This document shows, piece by piece, positions 11,757 to 21,814 of a stretch of DNA of 64,000 nucleotides. The DNA is taken from NCBI GenBank assembly GCA_964435565.1, contig CAYSZR010000001.1, forward strand, positions 3,288 through 67,287, read 5' to 3'. Source of the stretch: an uncultured Coriobacteriaceae bacterium. Its GTDB lineage: Bacteria > Actinomycetota > Coriobacteriia > Coriobacteriales > QAMH01. The notes under the pieces are model-generated. The model worked only from the letters and a program-made list of their open reading frames with translations, was not told where the DNA came from and did not search any database. The position numbers and the translations under genes were made by a program. Position 1 is the stretch's first letter. Every line of letters begins with the position of its first letter.

Positions 11757-13310
11757 ATGCACTGCGAACAAGAGCTGGCAAAGGGCCTGTACTGGATTGG
11801 CGGGGATGATAAACGCCTCGGTATATTTGAGGGCCATCATCCCGTGCCCAAGGGTATGGCATATAATAACTTTCTCCTGCTTGACCAAAAGACCGTTCTG
11901 TTTGACACCATCGACAGGGCGGTAGAAGAACGGTTTTTCGAGACACTCGACTATCTGCTCGACGACCGTGACCTCGATTACATCATCGTCCAGCATATGG
12001 AGCCCGATCACAGTGCGACGCTTGGTACCGTTGCACGACAACATCCAAATGCGAAACTGGTCTGCACCAAGGTCTGCGCACGCCTGATCGGCCAATTCTT
12101 CGGTCCCGATCTTGAAGATCGCACGATTGTGATGGAAGACGGCGACTCGCTTTCCACCGGCATGCATACGCTTGCTTTCGCTCTTGCGCCCATGGTCCAT
12201 TGGCCTGAGGTCATGGTTACCTACGATGTTGAAGACAAGATACTATTCTCTGCAGATGCATTTGGTAGTTTCGGTGCGCTTGACGGCCGCCTTTTCGACG
12301 ATATGTATGATTTCGAGACAGAGTTGCTCGATGAGATGCGTCGTTATTACACGAATATTGTCGGCAAATACGGCACGCAGGTAAATGAGCTCCTTGATAA
12401 GGCCGATACGCTGGATATCAAGATGATCTGCCCGCTGCATGGCCCGATTCTGCGCGATCATATTGGGGACCTGGTCGGAAAGTATCGCAAATGGGCAAGC
12501 TATGAACCAGAAGATGATGCAGTCGTCATTGCATATGCTTCTGTCTATGGTGGAACCAGAGATGTCGCCGAGAAGCTTGCCTTCAAATTAAGTGATGCCG
12601 GTATACACGACCTAGCGCTCTATGATCTTTCGATGACTGATCCAAGCTACGTGCTGTCTGATGCGTTTCGTGTCAGCAATATCGTGCTTGCCTCCGTTAC
12701 CTACAACGCTGGCGTCTTTCCCAAGATGAACGAACTTGTTGATTCCATGGTTGATCACAACCTGCGCAAACGACGTTTTTCGTTTATCCAAAATGGCAGT
12801 TGGGGACCTATCGCCGGTAAAAAGATGATGAAGGCGATCGAAAAGATTCCCGAGGCAGAAACTGTGGGGGATCTGTTCACGATCAAATCTCGCATGACCA
12901 CAGAGCAAGATGCAGAGCTCGATACGCTTGTACGGGCCATAGTCGACTCGATTCGCAACCCGGAAGAGCCTGTCATGGCCGAGCTGCATCAGGTTGCTCC
13001 TCAGCCTGTCCCCATCGTCGGCGCGGTTAAGCCCATTGCTGCTCCGCCTGCTCAAGTCCCCGTGTTTACTGCGGGGGGAGTTCCCATTGCCCCAGGTATG
13101 GAAGATAAGGTTAAACAAGACGCGCCGCCGATCAAACATGACCAAGAACAGAAAAGTGAGAAGATCATCCAAATATGGCGTTGCACGTTTTGTGGATATC
13201 AGGCAGAAGTGCCCAAGGGTACCGATATGGATACGTTTGTGTGCCCTGTCTGCCTTAAAGTCGGGCCGGGCCAGTTTGCGCTTGTGCGCGAGAAAGTTGT
13301 TCCGGTTTAA
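11757..13310 (+). CDS. Flavodiiron protein (FprA-type) with C-terminal rubredoxin-like domain
   Basis: Metallo-beta-lactamase-like diiron site VQHMEPDHS and a flavodoxin-like domain (VVIAYASVYGGTRDVAEKL). A Pro-rich linker leads to WRCTFCGY...FVCPVC (CxxC...CxxC). Confidence 0.85.
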   Translation: MHCEQELAKGLYWIGGDDKRLGIFEGHHPVPKGMAYNNFLLLDQKTVLFDTIDRAVEERFFETLDYLLDDRDLDYIIVQHMEPDHSATLGTVARQHPNAKLVCTKVCARLIGQFFGPDLEDRTIVMEDGDSLSTGMHTLAFALAPMVHWPEVMVTYDVEDKILFSADAFGSFGALDGRLFDDMYDFETELLDEMRRYYTNIVGKYGTQVNELLDKADTLDIKMICPLHGPILRDHIGDLVGKYRKWASYEPEDDAVVIAYASVYGGTRDVAEKLAFKLSDAGIHDLALYDLSMTDPSYVLSDAFRVSNIVLASVTYNAGVFPKMNELVDSMVDHNLRKRRFSFIQNGSWGPIAGKKMMKAIEKIPEAETVGDLFTIKSRMTTEQDAELDTLVRAIVDSIRNPEEPVMAELHQVAPQPVPIVGAVKPIAAPPAQVPVFTAGGVPIAPGMEDKVKQDAPPIKHDQEQKSEKIIQIWRCTFCGYQAEVPKGTDMDTFVCPVCLKVGPGQFALVREKVVPV

Positions 13311-13445
13311 CGGTCGGTCGGTCAACGTATTCGTCGGGAAACGTTGAAAATTGCAAGTTTTCGCTCATGCTCGCGGGTGGTGATGGTACTCTTTAGCAAC
13401 AATGTTCTTGTGGTGGTACAGGCAGAATGAAAACCCAGGAAGGGC

Positions 13446-13796
13446 GTGGATAACATGAACAAACCTTTGGTTTTTGTCAGTGGTGCAGCTGCCGGAGCGC
13501 TCGCCGCTCTGCTTCTCTCGCCAAATTCCGGCGAGCGTAATCGTGAAATCGTTGCTGATAAGATTGATTACTATTCCGCGCATGGCGAGCAGGTTTTCCA
13601 GCAGACGGCTGACAACGTGCGCAGCAAGGTACGCAGTGTCGGTGAAATGCCCAATCCCGGTGCCGATGATATTCGTGAGAAGATTAACGAGGCTCGCGAT
13701 CGTATTGCCGAACAGATTACGCGCAACAGTGCAGCTCAAGATGTTGCTGCTGATGTGTCCGACGTAGTCGAAGAGGCAGAAACGCCTGCCGAATAG
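13446..13796 (+). CDS. YtxH-domain protein
   Basis: N-terminal GAAAGALAALLLSPNSGERNRE is typical of YtxH (G..AG.L.AP.SG.E.R), followed by an amphipathic helical tail. Confidence 0.6.
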   Translation: MDNMNKPLVFVSGAAAGALAALLLSPNSGERNREIVADKIDYYSAHGEQVFQQTADNVRSKVRSVGEMPNPGADDIREKINEARDRIAEQITRNSAAQDVAADVSDVVEEAETPAE

Positions 13797-13826
13797 ATTT
13801 GGGCGAGTAGAGACTGTTAATCGCAT

Positions 13827-14651
13827 ATGCTCTCTTCTGACGAAGCACATAAACTGCGTGTCTATACACGCGATAAAAAGGGACGATTAAGAAAATGCGG
13901 GCGTATACGGGCCGTTGTCTTTCATCCTACAAAGCCCACTGTTGTGGGCTTTGTAATAAAACGCCCTGACCTGCTTCTTATGATCAAACGCAAAGATCGC
14001 TTTGTTGCATTTGATCGTCTCGAGCGGGTAGAGGGCGGTTTTTGTGCGAGTAGCGCTGCGGATTCATGGGACCGAGAGTTCTGCAAGCGTATCGGTGTTG
14101 ATTATGACCGATGCATTATGTGGGAAAATATGCCGGTTAAAACCACGGCAGGCAGAGATTTGGGGTCTGTGAGTAACGTGGTTTTCGATGATGAGACAGG
14201 CGAGCTCGACCACATAGATATATCCGCAGGTGTATCGAATCGGATTATACTCGGCAGTTCTGATATCTCTGCATCAAAGATCTTGGGCTACAGCGATGGC
14301 TGCATCGTTGTCGAAGACAGTGTCGGAGAAGTCGAGGAATCGGGCGGAGCTGCTGCCAAGGCGGGTGTTGCATGGGCAAAGACCAAGCACGTCGCATCTG
14401 ATACCACCAAAAAAGCGGAAGAGGCTATAAACGGCGGCGCCTATAAAGCGGGCGAGGCGCTTGGAGACGTTCGCGAGAAGGTTAACGACGCTGCTGCAAA
14501 GCATGAAGAGAAAAAACGTGAAGCCGAGGCGCAGGGCGAATACATCGGCGTCGACAAGGCGGCAAATCTCTTTGGCCAGCAGATAGGCAAAGCTTCGGGG
14601 ATGTTCAAGAGCTTCAAAGACGAATTCGACAAAGCCTCGCATGATGAATAG
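13827..14651 (+). CDS. PRC-barrel-like protein with Lys/Ala/Glu-rich C-terminal tail
   Basis: Two beta-rich segments (VVGFVIKRPDLLL...; GRDLGSVSNVVFDDETGELDHIDI) look like PRC-barrel halves. The tail resembles general-stress helical repeats. The start codon is uncertain. Confidence 0.45.
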   Translation: MLSSDEAHKLRVYTRDKKGRLRKCGRIRAVVFHPTKPTVVGFVIKRPDLLLMIKRKDRFVAFDRLERVEGGFCASSAADSWDREFCKRIGVDYDRCIMWENMPVKTTAGRDLGSVSNVVFDDETGELDHIDISAGVSNRIILGSSDISASKILGYSDGCIVVEDSVGEVEESGGAAAKAGVAWAKTKHVASDTTKKAEEAINGGAYKAGEALGDVREKVNDAAAKHEEKKREAEAQGEYIGVDKAANLFGQQIGKASGMFKSFKDEFDKASHDE

Positions 14652-14654
14652 CGG

Positions 14655-16592
14655 ATGGTGACCAGCATGGCACAGCGCGTCAGGCGGGGAAGGAAACGCC
14701 GGCACGGCAAGTCTGCATCGCGGCCCTGCGTGGGCCCCGTCGGGCCCATTGAGATTAACGCGCATGGCTATGCATTCTGCGATACGGACGAGGGCAGTTT
14801 CTTTATTCCAAAAGGACGCTTGGGTGGTGCTATGCCCGGTGACAGGGTCGAGCTCCGAATAAGCTCCCACGATCTGAGCGGTTCGGATAGGAGGACTGCC
14901 TCCGTTTCCCAGGTCATCAGCCGCGCTACGGAATATATAACGGGCATCCTTGAGGTCAATGACCCGATTGCGGTTGTCGTGGCTCAAGATCCCCGTGTAC
15001 GACATGATTTGTTCGTTACTTCTGGCCAAATCGGGAACGCACGTGATGGCGATGTGGTTTTGGCGCGTATTACGGCATATCCTGCGCGGCATGCTCCCAT
15101 GGAAGGTTACGTTGTTGAGGTTCTTGGTCAGGCAGATCAGCCCGGCATAGACGTTGATATCATCATCCACAATCTTGGCTTGTCTACCGAATTCAGCGCT
15201 CAGGCACTTGAACAGTCCAGGACAATCTCGCTTGATGTCGATAGAGCTCTTGCTGAACCTGACCGACGCGATTTGCGCACCCGCAATATATTCACTATCG
15301 ATCCTATCGATGCCAAAGATTATGATGATGCGATTTCGTTAGATGAGATTGGGGGAATGCTTCGTCTGGGCGTTCACATAGCCGACGTGTCGAGCTATGT
15401 AGCATGGGATAGCCCCATTGATATCAACGCGCGTAATCGGGCTACCAGTGTCTATCTTGTCGATCGCGTGTTGCCCATGCTTCCAGAAGCGCTTAGCAAC
15501 GATATTTGCTCGCTCAAACCCGGACAAGACCGTCTTGCTATGACGTGTGACATATTTCTAGATGCATCGGCGCATGTCGTGCGTTACGAAATATACCCAA
15601 GCGTGATTTGCAGCGGCAGGCGTTTCAATTACGACGAGGTTCAAACGATTCTAGACGGGGCTGCCGATGAGCCGCACGCGGCGAAGCTGCGCCAGCTCGA
15701 TGCCCTTGCGAAGAAGCTTGAGAAAATACGCGAGAATCGAGGGGCGCTTGATTTCGATTCGGTCGAGGCAAAGCCCGTTCTTGATGATGACGGGCAGGTT
15801 ACACGTGTCGACTTGCGCCGTAAGACTGATGCGACATCGATGATCGAAGAGGCGATGATACTTGCCAATGAGGTCGTTGCAACGCATATGTTCAAACTTG
15901 CAGGCCCGTTTGTCTATCGTGTCCATGAAGCTCCGCAAGCTCAGGCCCTTGAAGCGCTGCTGCTTCAGCTTAAGGAACTTGGTTATCAAATCAGCGGTCT
16001 TGCATCGGGGGATCCAGGAGCGTTTCAACAGGTTTTGGGGGATGCTCGGGAAAAGCCCGAAGAGCCCCTCATCAATTACATGGTTTTGCGTTCGATGGAA
16101 CGTGCTGTATACAGCACGGAGCCCAAAGCGCATTTTGGGCTCGCTTCGAAACATTACTGTCACTTCACGAGCCCCATACGGCGCTATCCCGATTTGATGG
16201 TGCATCGTCTATTAAAAGATCCGCACGCCATGGAAGATCAACTCGAGTGGCTTGCACGACATTCCTCGAAAATGGAGCGTCTTGCGCAGGAGGCGGAGCG
16301 CGATAGCGTCGAACTCAAGCTCTGCGAGCATCTACAGGGCAATATCGGGAAAGATTATATAGGGACGATATCGACGGTTACCGCACGTGGGCTGTATGTC
16401 CGCCTGGAAACCACGCTCGAAGGATTTGTCCGATTCGATTTCTTGCATGACGAGAAGTTCATGTTCGACTCGAAGTCGCAGGTGCTCGTGGGCGAGGAAA
16501 CGGGGCGAACGTACCGTTTGGGACAGCAGCTGCGCGTGCGAGTTGATTTCGTCGATGTACGCGAACGCTCGGTCAGTTTTTCCATCGCATGA
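14655..16592 (+). CDS. rnr: Ribonuclease R (RNB family 3'-5' exoribonuclease)
   Basis: RNB catalytic motifs (IFTIDPIDAKDYDDAIS, HIADVSSYV, SVYLVDRVLPMLPEALSNDICSL, HFGL...YCHFTSPIRRYPDL) and a C-terminal S1 domain. Confidence 0.9.
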   Translation: MVTSMAQRVRRGRKRRHGKSASRPCVGPVGPIEINAHGYAFCDTDEGSFFIPKGRLGGAMPGDRVELRISSHDLSGSDRRTASVSQVISRATEYITGILEVNDPIAVVVAQDPRVRHDLFVTSGQIGNARDGDVVLARITAYPARHAPMEGYVVEVLGQADQPGIDVDIIIHNLGLSTEFSAQALEQSRTISLDVDRALAEPDRRDLRTRNIFTIDPIDAKDYDDAISLDEIGGMLRLGVHIADVSSYVAWDSPIDINARNRATSVYLVDRVLPMLPEALSNDICSLKPGQDRLAMTCDIFLDASAHVVRYEIYPSVICSGRRFNYDEVQTILDGAADEPHAAKLRQLDALAKKLEKIRENRGALDFDSVEAKPVLDDDGQVTRVDLRRKTDATSMIEEAMILANEVVATHMFKLAGPFVYRVHEAPQAQALEALLLQLKELGYQISGLASGDPGAFQQVLGDAREKPEEPLINYMVLRSMERAVYSTEPKAHFGLASKHYCHFTSPIRRYPDLMVHRLLKDPHAMEDQLEWLARHSSKMERLAQEAERDSVELKLCEHLQGNIGKDYIGTISTVTARGLYVRLETTLEGFVRFDFLHDEKFMFDSKSQVLVGEETGRTYRLGQQLRVRVDFVDVRERSVSFSIA

Positions 16593-16730
16593 GGCTCTTT
16601 TGTCGCACGAGACAAATCTTCGCGTGAAAAGCACAGTGTTTGCACGACTTAGGTGTTAATCTATAAGGGTTCTGCCCAATTAGTGCATGACCGTTGCCTC
16701 GTGTGACGGTTTTGAGGAGAGACATCTCAT

Positions 16731-17981
16731 ATGAACTTGAACCCAGCCATTGTTATTCCGACCTTTTGGTGCGGGCGTCGTTCAGGACGTTCGGTTAACC
16801 GGGACGTGGCCTATGACCACATGACGTCAATCGACCAAAACGGTGAGCTTCCACGTTGCCTCGAATCGCTTCGCAAAGTCGTCGGCGTAGACCGAATCAT
16901 CTTGCTCGTGGCTGCAGAATCAGGCGTAGAAAACCAGGCGGTCGAGCGTGTGCGCGGTATTGTCGATCACTTTAGCGACATGAACATCATCGTTATAGGC
17001 GAGTCCGAGATGCGTCATATCCACCGTCGGTTTGAGCAGATTGGTGCAGGCGAATATAAAGAAGCGGCGTGTCTTACGGGGTACGGAGCGATTCGTAACC
17101 TTGGTCTTATCGTTGCTTCCATCTTCGGGCACGATACGGTTGTCTTCATCGATGATGATGAAGTGGTCCCGGATCCGGATTTTCTTGAGCGTGCGGTTCA
17201 CGGCATTGCCTGCAAGACGCCGTCAGGATCAATCATCACCGCGAAAACGGGCTATTTTTATGACAGCTATGATAGCCCCAAGGCGCATGAGGATCTTCCC
17301 TGGTATGACCGCTATTGGAACAAGGCGGCAGATTTCAATGACTACATAGGCGGAGCTTTGCGTGGGCCGCGATTTACTCGCTCGAATGTCTGCTGCGGAG
17401 GCTGCATGGTATTGCATGCCGATGCATACGGCAGTGTTGCGTTTGATCCGTGGATTGCCCGAGGCGAGGACCTCGACTATCTCATCAATGCGCGCATGTA
17501 TGGCAGCGATGTCTGGTTTGACAACCAGTTGAGCCTCAGGCATCTTCCGCCAGAGGATGCCCAGCAATCGACACGTTTCGAACAAGATGTTTATCGTTGG
17601 TTTTACGAGGTTCGCAAAATCGAGTTTGCAAAGACTCAGATAGACCTCATGCAGATCGTCCCATCTGCGCTTGATCCGTATCCCGGTCCCTGGCTCGACC
17701 CGTCGATTCATCGACGTGCCCGCTTCACGTCGTATCTACGTGCCATTGGGCATGAAGAGCACTCAGAATACTGGCATATCGGAAACAAGGCGATTAAGGA
17801 CGCGAGCATATTCGCCCGCGATAACTGTGCGAATTACTTCGAGTTTCAACACCAGTGGCCCAACATCGTTCGCGGTATGTGGTCGAATTCCCCGCTTGCG
17901 GCGCAGCTTGGTAGCGATCGCACGGTCCAGAGTTCGGGAGCTGGATTCACTGGAAGGTTTTCTGCCGTAAAGGCCGAATAG
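16731..17981 (+). CDS. GT-A-fold glycosyltransferase-like protein (family not recognised)
   Basis: N-terminal beta-strand AIVIPTFW and an acidic DxD-type motif VVFIDDDEVV after a Rossmann-like segment. No TM helices. Confidence 0.4.
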   Translation: MNLNPAIVIPTFWCGRRSGRSVNRDVAYDHMTSIDQNGELPRCLESLRKVVGVDRIILLVAAESGVENQAVERVRGIVDHFSDMNIIVIGESEMRHIHRRFEQIGAGEYKEAACLTGYGAIRNLGLIVASIFGHDTVVFIDDDEVVPDPDFLERAVHGIACKTPSGSIITAKTGYFYDSYDSPKAHEDLPWYDRYWNKAADFNDYIGGALRGPRFTRSNVCCGGCMVLHADAYGSVAFDPWIARGEDLDYLINARMYGSDVWFDNQLSLRHLPPEDAQQSTRFEQDVYRWFYEVRKIEFAKTQIDLMQIVPSALDPYPGPWLDPSIHRRARFTSYLRAIGHEEHSEYWHIGNKAIKDASIFARDNCANYFEFQHQWPNIVRGMWSNSPLAAQLGSDRTVQSSGAGFTGRFSAVKAE

Positions 17982-17996
17982 GCGGGAGCAGCAGAT

Positions 17997-19349
17997 ATGG
18001 ATATGCAGAGGACGATGAGCATCGTCATGCTCACTATCTGCTACGTCCTGTTCAGCATCTTTGCGGTGCTGGGTGTGGTGTATTACGACACGATATCTCC
18101 AGCTATCTCGCTCTTCGCTATTATCGGCATGTTCGTCTTGACCTTCGTCGCCTTGCGCGTCGCCGGCATATCAGATCATGCGCGAGCGCGGCAGTCCAAC
18201 CAGACGCTGGACCTTGCAAGCAAGACGGTGACATTCATGCGTGAGGGTCTTGATGCCCATTCTGCGCAGGCAGTATGCGATTTGCTATTGCCTGCAGCAT
18301 TGGCAGACGCCGTTGCAATTACCAATCGCGAGAAAATCCTCGGTTTTTCCGGTCTCGACAAGGGCAACCATAATTTAAATTCCGCTATTCAGACGGAGAG
18401 TACGCGTGAAACGCTCGAAGACGGCATTACGCGCATTATGGAATCGTCCAAAGAAGTCGGCTTCTCAAAGGATTCTGGCAAACTCAGGGCTGGAATCGTT
18501 GTAGCACTTGTCGTCAATAAGCGGATCGTGGGGACTATTAAGTTTTATTATCGTTCCCCACGTAAGCTTGGAGAAAATCAAAAAGCGATTGCAGAGGGAT
18601 TTGCCCAATTGCTTTCAACGCAGCTTTCGCTTTCGTATCTGCAACAGCAGACAGAACTTGCGGCACGCATGGAATTAAAGGCCCTGCAGGCACAGATCAA
18701 TCCTCACTTTCTCTTCAATACGATCAATACCATTGCCGCGATCACGCGCACCGATCCAGTAAAGGCGCGTACCATGCTTCGCGAATTTGCCATCTACTAT
18801 CGCCGCCTGCTTGAGAATTCCGAGGACCTGATTCCGCTTTCAAAAGAAATCGAGCAGACCGAGCGCTACCTGATGTTTCAGAAAGCTCGGTTTGGCGAGG
18901 ATGCGATTCGCCTGCATATCGATATGGAGCCAGGTCTTGATCAGTTGCAAGTCCCGTCTTTTGTGCTGCAACCCATCGTGGAAAATGCGGTTGGACATGG
19001 AAGAAGGGATGATGGAAGCGCCCTGTACATCAATGTCAAGGTAATTCGAGCTGCCGATAGCGTCATAATCTCGATTGCGGATGACGGTGTCGGTATTTCG
19101 CCCGACAAACTCGAAAATCTTGTTGAAGGTGGCTCGAAGACGGGCATGGGTATTGCGCTGAAGAATGTAAACGCAAGGCTCAAGGCATATTTTGGTGCTA
19201 TTTCCGGACTGTATGTCGATTCGAAGCTGGGAGAAGGCACCACTGTGTACCTGAGCCTTTACGATGCCCTGCTTGAACAAGGTGTTTCGGTTGAGAACGA
19301 AGAACTACTCTATGGTGGAAGCTGTGATGATTTGGCATTATCTGAATAA
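17997..19349 (+). CDS. Sensor histidine kinase, LytS/YehU (His_kinase) family
   Basis: Two N-terminal TM helices, a GAF-like middle region, the H-box QINPHFLFNTINTI, and HATPase_c (GMGIALKNV, GEGTTV). Confidence 0.8.
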   Translation: MDMQRTMSIVMLTICYVLFSIFAVLGVVYYDTISPAISLFAIIGMFVLTFVALRVAGISDHARARQSNQTLDLASKTVTFMREGLDAHSAQAVCDLLLPAALADAVAITNREKILGFSGLDKGNHNLNSAIQTESTRETLEDGITRIMESSKEVGFSKDSGKLRAGIVVALVVNKRIVGTIKFYYRSPRKLGENQKAIAEGFAQLLSTQLSLSYLQQQTELAARMELKALQAQINPHFLFNTINTIAAITRTDPVKARTMLREFAIYYRRLLENSEDLIPLSKEIEQTERYLMFQKARFGEDAIRLHIDMEPGLDQLQVPSFVLQPIVENAVGHGRRDDGSALYINVKVIRAADSVIISIADDGVGISPDKLENLVEGGSKTGMGIALKNVNARLKAYFGAISGLYVDSKLGEGTTVYLSLYDALLEQGVSVENEELLYGGSCDDLALSE

Positions 19350-19434
19350 TTGCCAGATGCGAAACTCAATGTTCACTCTACGTTTTGGTGTTTGATGATA
19401 GAATCTGGACGTTGTAGCAAGAAGGAGACAGTCT

Positions 19435-20148
19435 ATGCTCAAGGCGATTATTGTTGATGATGAGGCACCCGCGCGTTCCGAGCTGCGGTTTCTTCTCGAT
19501 GAAACAGGAGAAGTCGAAGTAGCGGCCGAAGCGGCAAATGTCCGCGAGGCTATAGAGAAGCTCAAAGACGTTGGTGCAGACATCATGTTTCTTGATGTGA
19601 ATATGCCGGGTGTCGATGGACTGCAGCTTGCAGAAGCGCTGACCAAGCTCAAGTACCCGCCTTTTGTCATATTCGTTACTGCATACAGCGAGCACGCTGT
19701 TAAGGCGTTCGAGGTCAATGCGACAGACTATCTGGTGAAGCCTGTTGAGACAGACCGCCTGATGATTGCTGTCAATAAGGTTAAACAGCTTATTTCAGCA
19801 CAAGGCCGATCGACGACCAACGAGCGTATTCCTGTTGAAAAGGGCGGCAAAAAGCTGCTCATACCTGCTAGCAAGATTCATTTTGTGATGGCAAAAGACG
19901 ATTATTCCTATTTACATACAGAAAATGATCGTTATTTGTCTACGGTATCGCTTGCCCAGCTTGAAGCCAAGCTCGAGCCACTTGGGTTTTTCCGCGTACA
20001 CCGTCGTTATCTTGTGAACCTATCATGCGTAAGCGAGGTCGATTCAGTCAGCGGCGGAACGCTCTTGCTGACGCTTAATGGGGAAGACGAGCAGATCCCT
20101 GTTTCCCGAAGGCGTGTATCGTCTCTTAAAAAAGCCCTGGGTCTTTAA
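19435..20148 (+). CDS. LytTR-family response regulator
   Basis: Receiver domain (IVDDE...DIMFLDVNMPGVDG...TAY) plus a LytTR DNA-binding domain (FFRVHRRYLVNL). Confidence 0.88.
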   Translation: MLKAIIVDDEAPARSELRFLLDETGEVEVAAEAANVREAIEKLKDVGADIMFLDVNMPGVDGLQLAEALTKLKYPPFVIFVTAYSEHAVKAFEVNATDYLVKPVETDRLMIAVNKVKQLISAQGRSTTNERIPVEKGGKKLLIPASKIHFVMAKDDYSYLHTENDRYLSTVSLAQLEAKLEPLGFFRVHRRYLVNLSCVSEVDSVSGGTLLLTLNGEDEQIPVSRRRVSSLKKALGL

Positions 20149-20162
20149 GAGGCATTATTACC

Positions 20163-21767
20163 GTGGATGCCGCAATTCAGCAAGATCAAGCCGCCGGGTG
20201 CTTTTCAGAAGAATTCGAAGATGACCACCTGCATGACGAGTGCGCCGTTTTTGGCATATACGATGAAAACAAAGATGTGGGGAGACTCGCGTATTTTGGC
20301 TTACAGGCTCTGCAGCATCGTGGCCAGGAGTCCGCGGGTATCGCCGTAGGTGATGGCGACACCGTCGTCGTCAATAAAGACCTCGGCTTAGTTACACAGG
20401 TTTTCAAAGAGAGTGATTTTGCGGCTCTGACCGGCAAGATCGCTATAGGCCATGCTCGTTATTCGACAAGCGGCGGAGCGGGGTCCTGGGAGGCTGCCCA
20501 GCCGCATCTTTCTGCAATTGGAGACGAGATCATCGCCTTGGCTCATAACGGGACGCTCGTCAATACCGACAGCTTGCGCATAGAGCTTTTAGAGCGGGGC
20601 ATTGGGTTTAGGTCGGCGACGGATTCCGAAGTCGCTGCAAAGCTCATTGGCTATTTTACCCAGGAAAGCCATCATATGCGTCAGGGCATCCGTCAGACTA
20701 TGGAGCTTATCGAAGGCGCCTACGCCATGGTGCTCATCACGTCGACAGCCCTTTACGCGTTTCGAGACCCTAACGGAATCAGGCCATTGGTTTTGGGGAA
20801 ATTTGACGATGGCGGCTATGTGGTCTCGAGCGAAACATGCGGTCTCGATATCGTGGGCGCCACATATGTTCGCGATGTGAAACCCGGCGAGGTACTACGC
20901 GTCAATCACGAAGGGCTTGTCTGCGAACAGGCGGTTCCAGCCCGAAGATATACAGCATGCATATTCGAGCATGTGTATTTCGCACGCCCAGACAGCGTTT
21001 TCGAGGGGGCGACGATCTATCAGTCGCGCGTTTGGATGGGGCGTGTACTGGCACAGGAAGCCCCGGCTGATGCAGATATATGCATAGGCGTGCCGGATAG
21101 TGGCATTCCCGGCGCGATAGGCTATGCGCATGAAAGCGGAATTCCCTATTCAGAGGCGATTGTCAAAAACCGCTATGTTGGACGTACGTTTATCCAGCCC
21201 ACGCAGGAGCTGCGTCGTATGGGTATACGCCTAAAGCTCAATCCCATGCGCGCTTCTATAGAAGGTAGGCGCATTGTCGTTATAGACGACAGCATCGTAC
21301 GCGGCAATACGTCCAAGCAGCTGGTACAGATGCTGCGTGATGCGGGTGCGGTCGAGGTGCATATGCGCATCGTATCTCCTGAAGTCAAATGGCCGTGTTT
21401 CTATGGCATCGATACCGATACGCAGAGCCAGCTTATTTCCGCGAACAAATCCGTTGAGGAGATATGCGAGTTCATTGGCGCTGATTCGCTCGCGTTCTTA
21501 AGCCTTCCAGGCTTGATTTCCACTATAGGTATGGAAGGCGAGCAGAAAGGGCATGCGCCCGATCCGAGCATGCATGGGGTGCCGGTGCGCACAACGAGTT
21601 GCGAGGATTGTTCGGATGCGGGGTTTTGCACGGCATGTTTTAACGGTGTGTACGCGGTGCATATTCCGCATAAATACTCTTCGGGTAGCTTTCTTGACGG
21701 TATCTACCCGCTGGTCAATGGTGACGAGGGAACAACGCAGATGAACCTCGACAGCCTGATTCGCTAG
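20163..21767 (+). CDS. purF: Amidophosphoribosyltransferase
   Basis: Propeptide followed by the catalytic CAVFGIY, GHARYSTSG, and the PRTase motif IVVIDDSIVRGNTS. The C-terminal Cys-rich tail is consistent with the Fe-S type. GTG start. Confidence 0.92.
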   Translation: MDAAIQQDQAAGCFSEEFEDDHLHDECAVFGIYDENKDVGRLAYFGLQALQHRGQESAGIAVGDGDTVVVNKDLGLVTQVFKESDFAALTGKIAIGHARYSTSGGAGSWEAAQPHLSAIGDEIIALAHNGTLVNTDSLRIELLERGIGFRSATDSEVAAKLIGYFTQESHHMRQGIRQTMELIEGAYAMVLITSTALYAFRDPNGIRPLVLGKFDDGGYVVSSETCGLDIVGATYVRDVKPGEVLRVNHEGLVCEQAVPARRYTACIFEHVYFARPDSVFEGATIYQSRVWMGRVLAQEAPADADICIGVPDSGIPGAIGYAHESGIPYSEAIVKNRYVGRTFIQPTQELRRMGIRLKLNPMRASIEGRRIVVIDDSIVRGNTSKQLVQMLRDAGAVEVHMRIVSPEVKWPCFYGIDTDTQSQLISANKSVEEICEFIGADSLAFLSLPGLISTIGMEGEQKGHAPDPSMHGVPVRTTSCEDCSDAGFCTACFNGVYAVHIPHKYSSGSFLDGIYPLVNGDEGTTQMNLDSLIR

Positions 21768-21814
21768 GCGGTTGCAGCTGGAATGGCTCTAGCCATGCAA
21801 TAGATTGGAATATT

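Noticed and set aside
14274-15170. 298-aa antisense ORF over the PRC-barrel gene and the rnr 5' end. Similar long antisense ORFs occur at 10763-11512, 12612-13325, 25862-26686, 3472-4200 and 15651-16205.
   Set aside because: All overlap well-supported genes on the opposite strand. They lack RBS and family motifs and have skewed Arg/Ser/Cys composition, so they are shadow ORFs.
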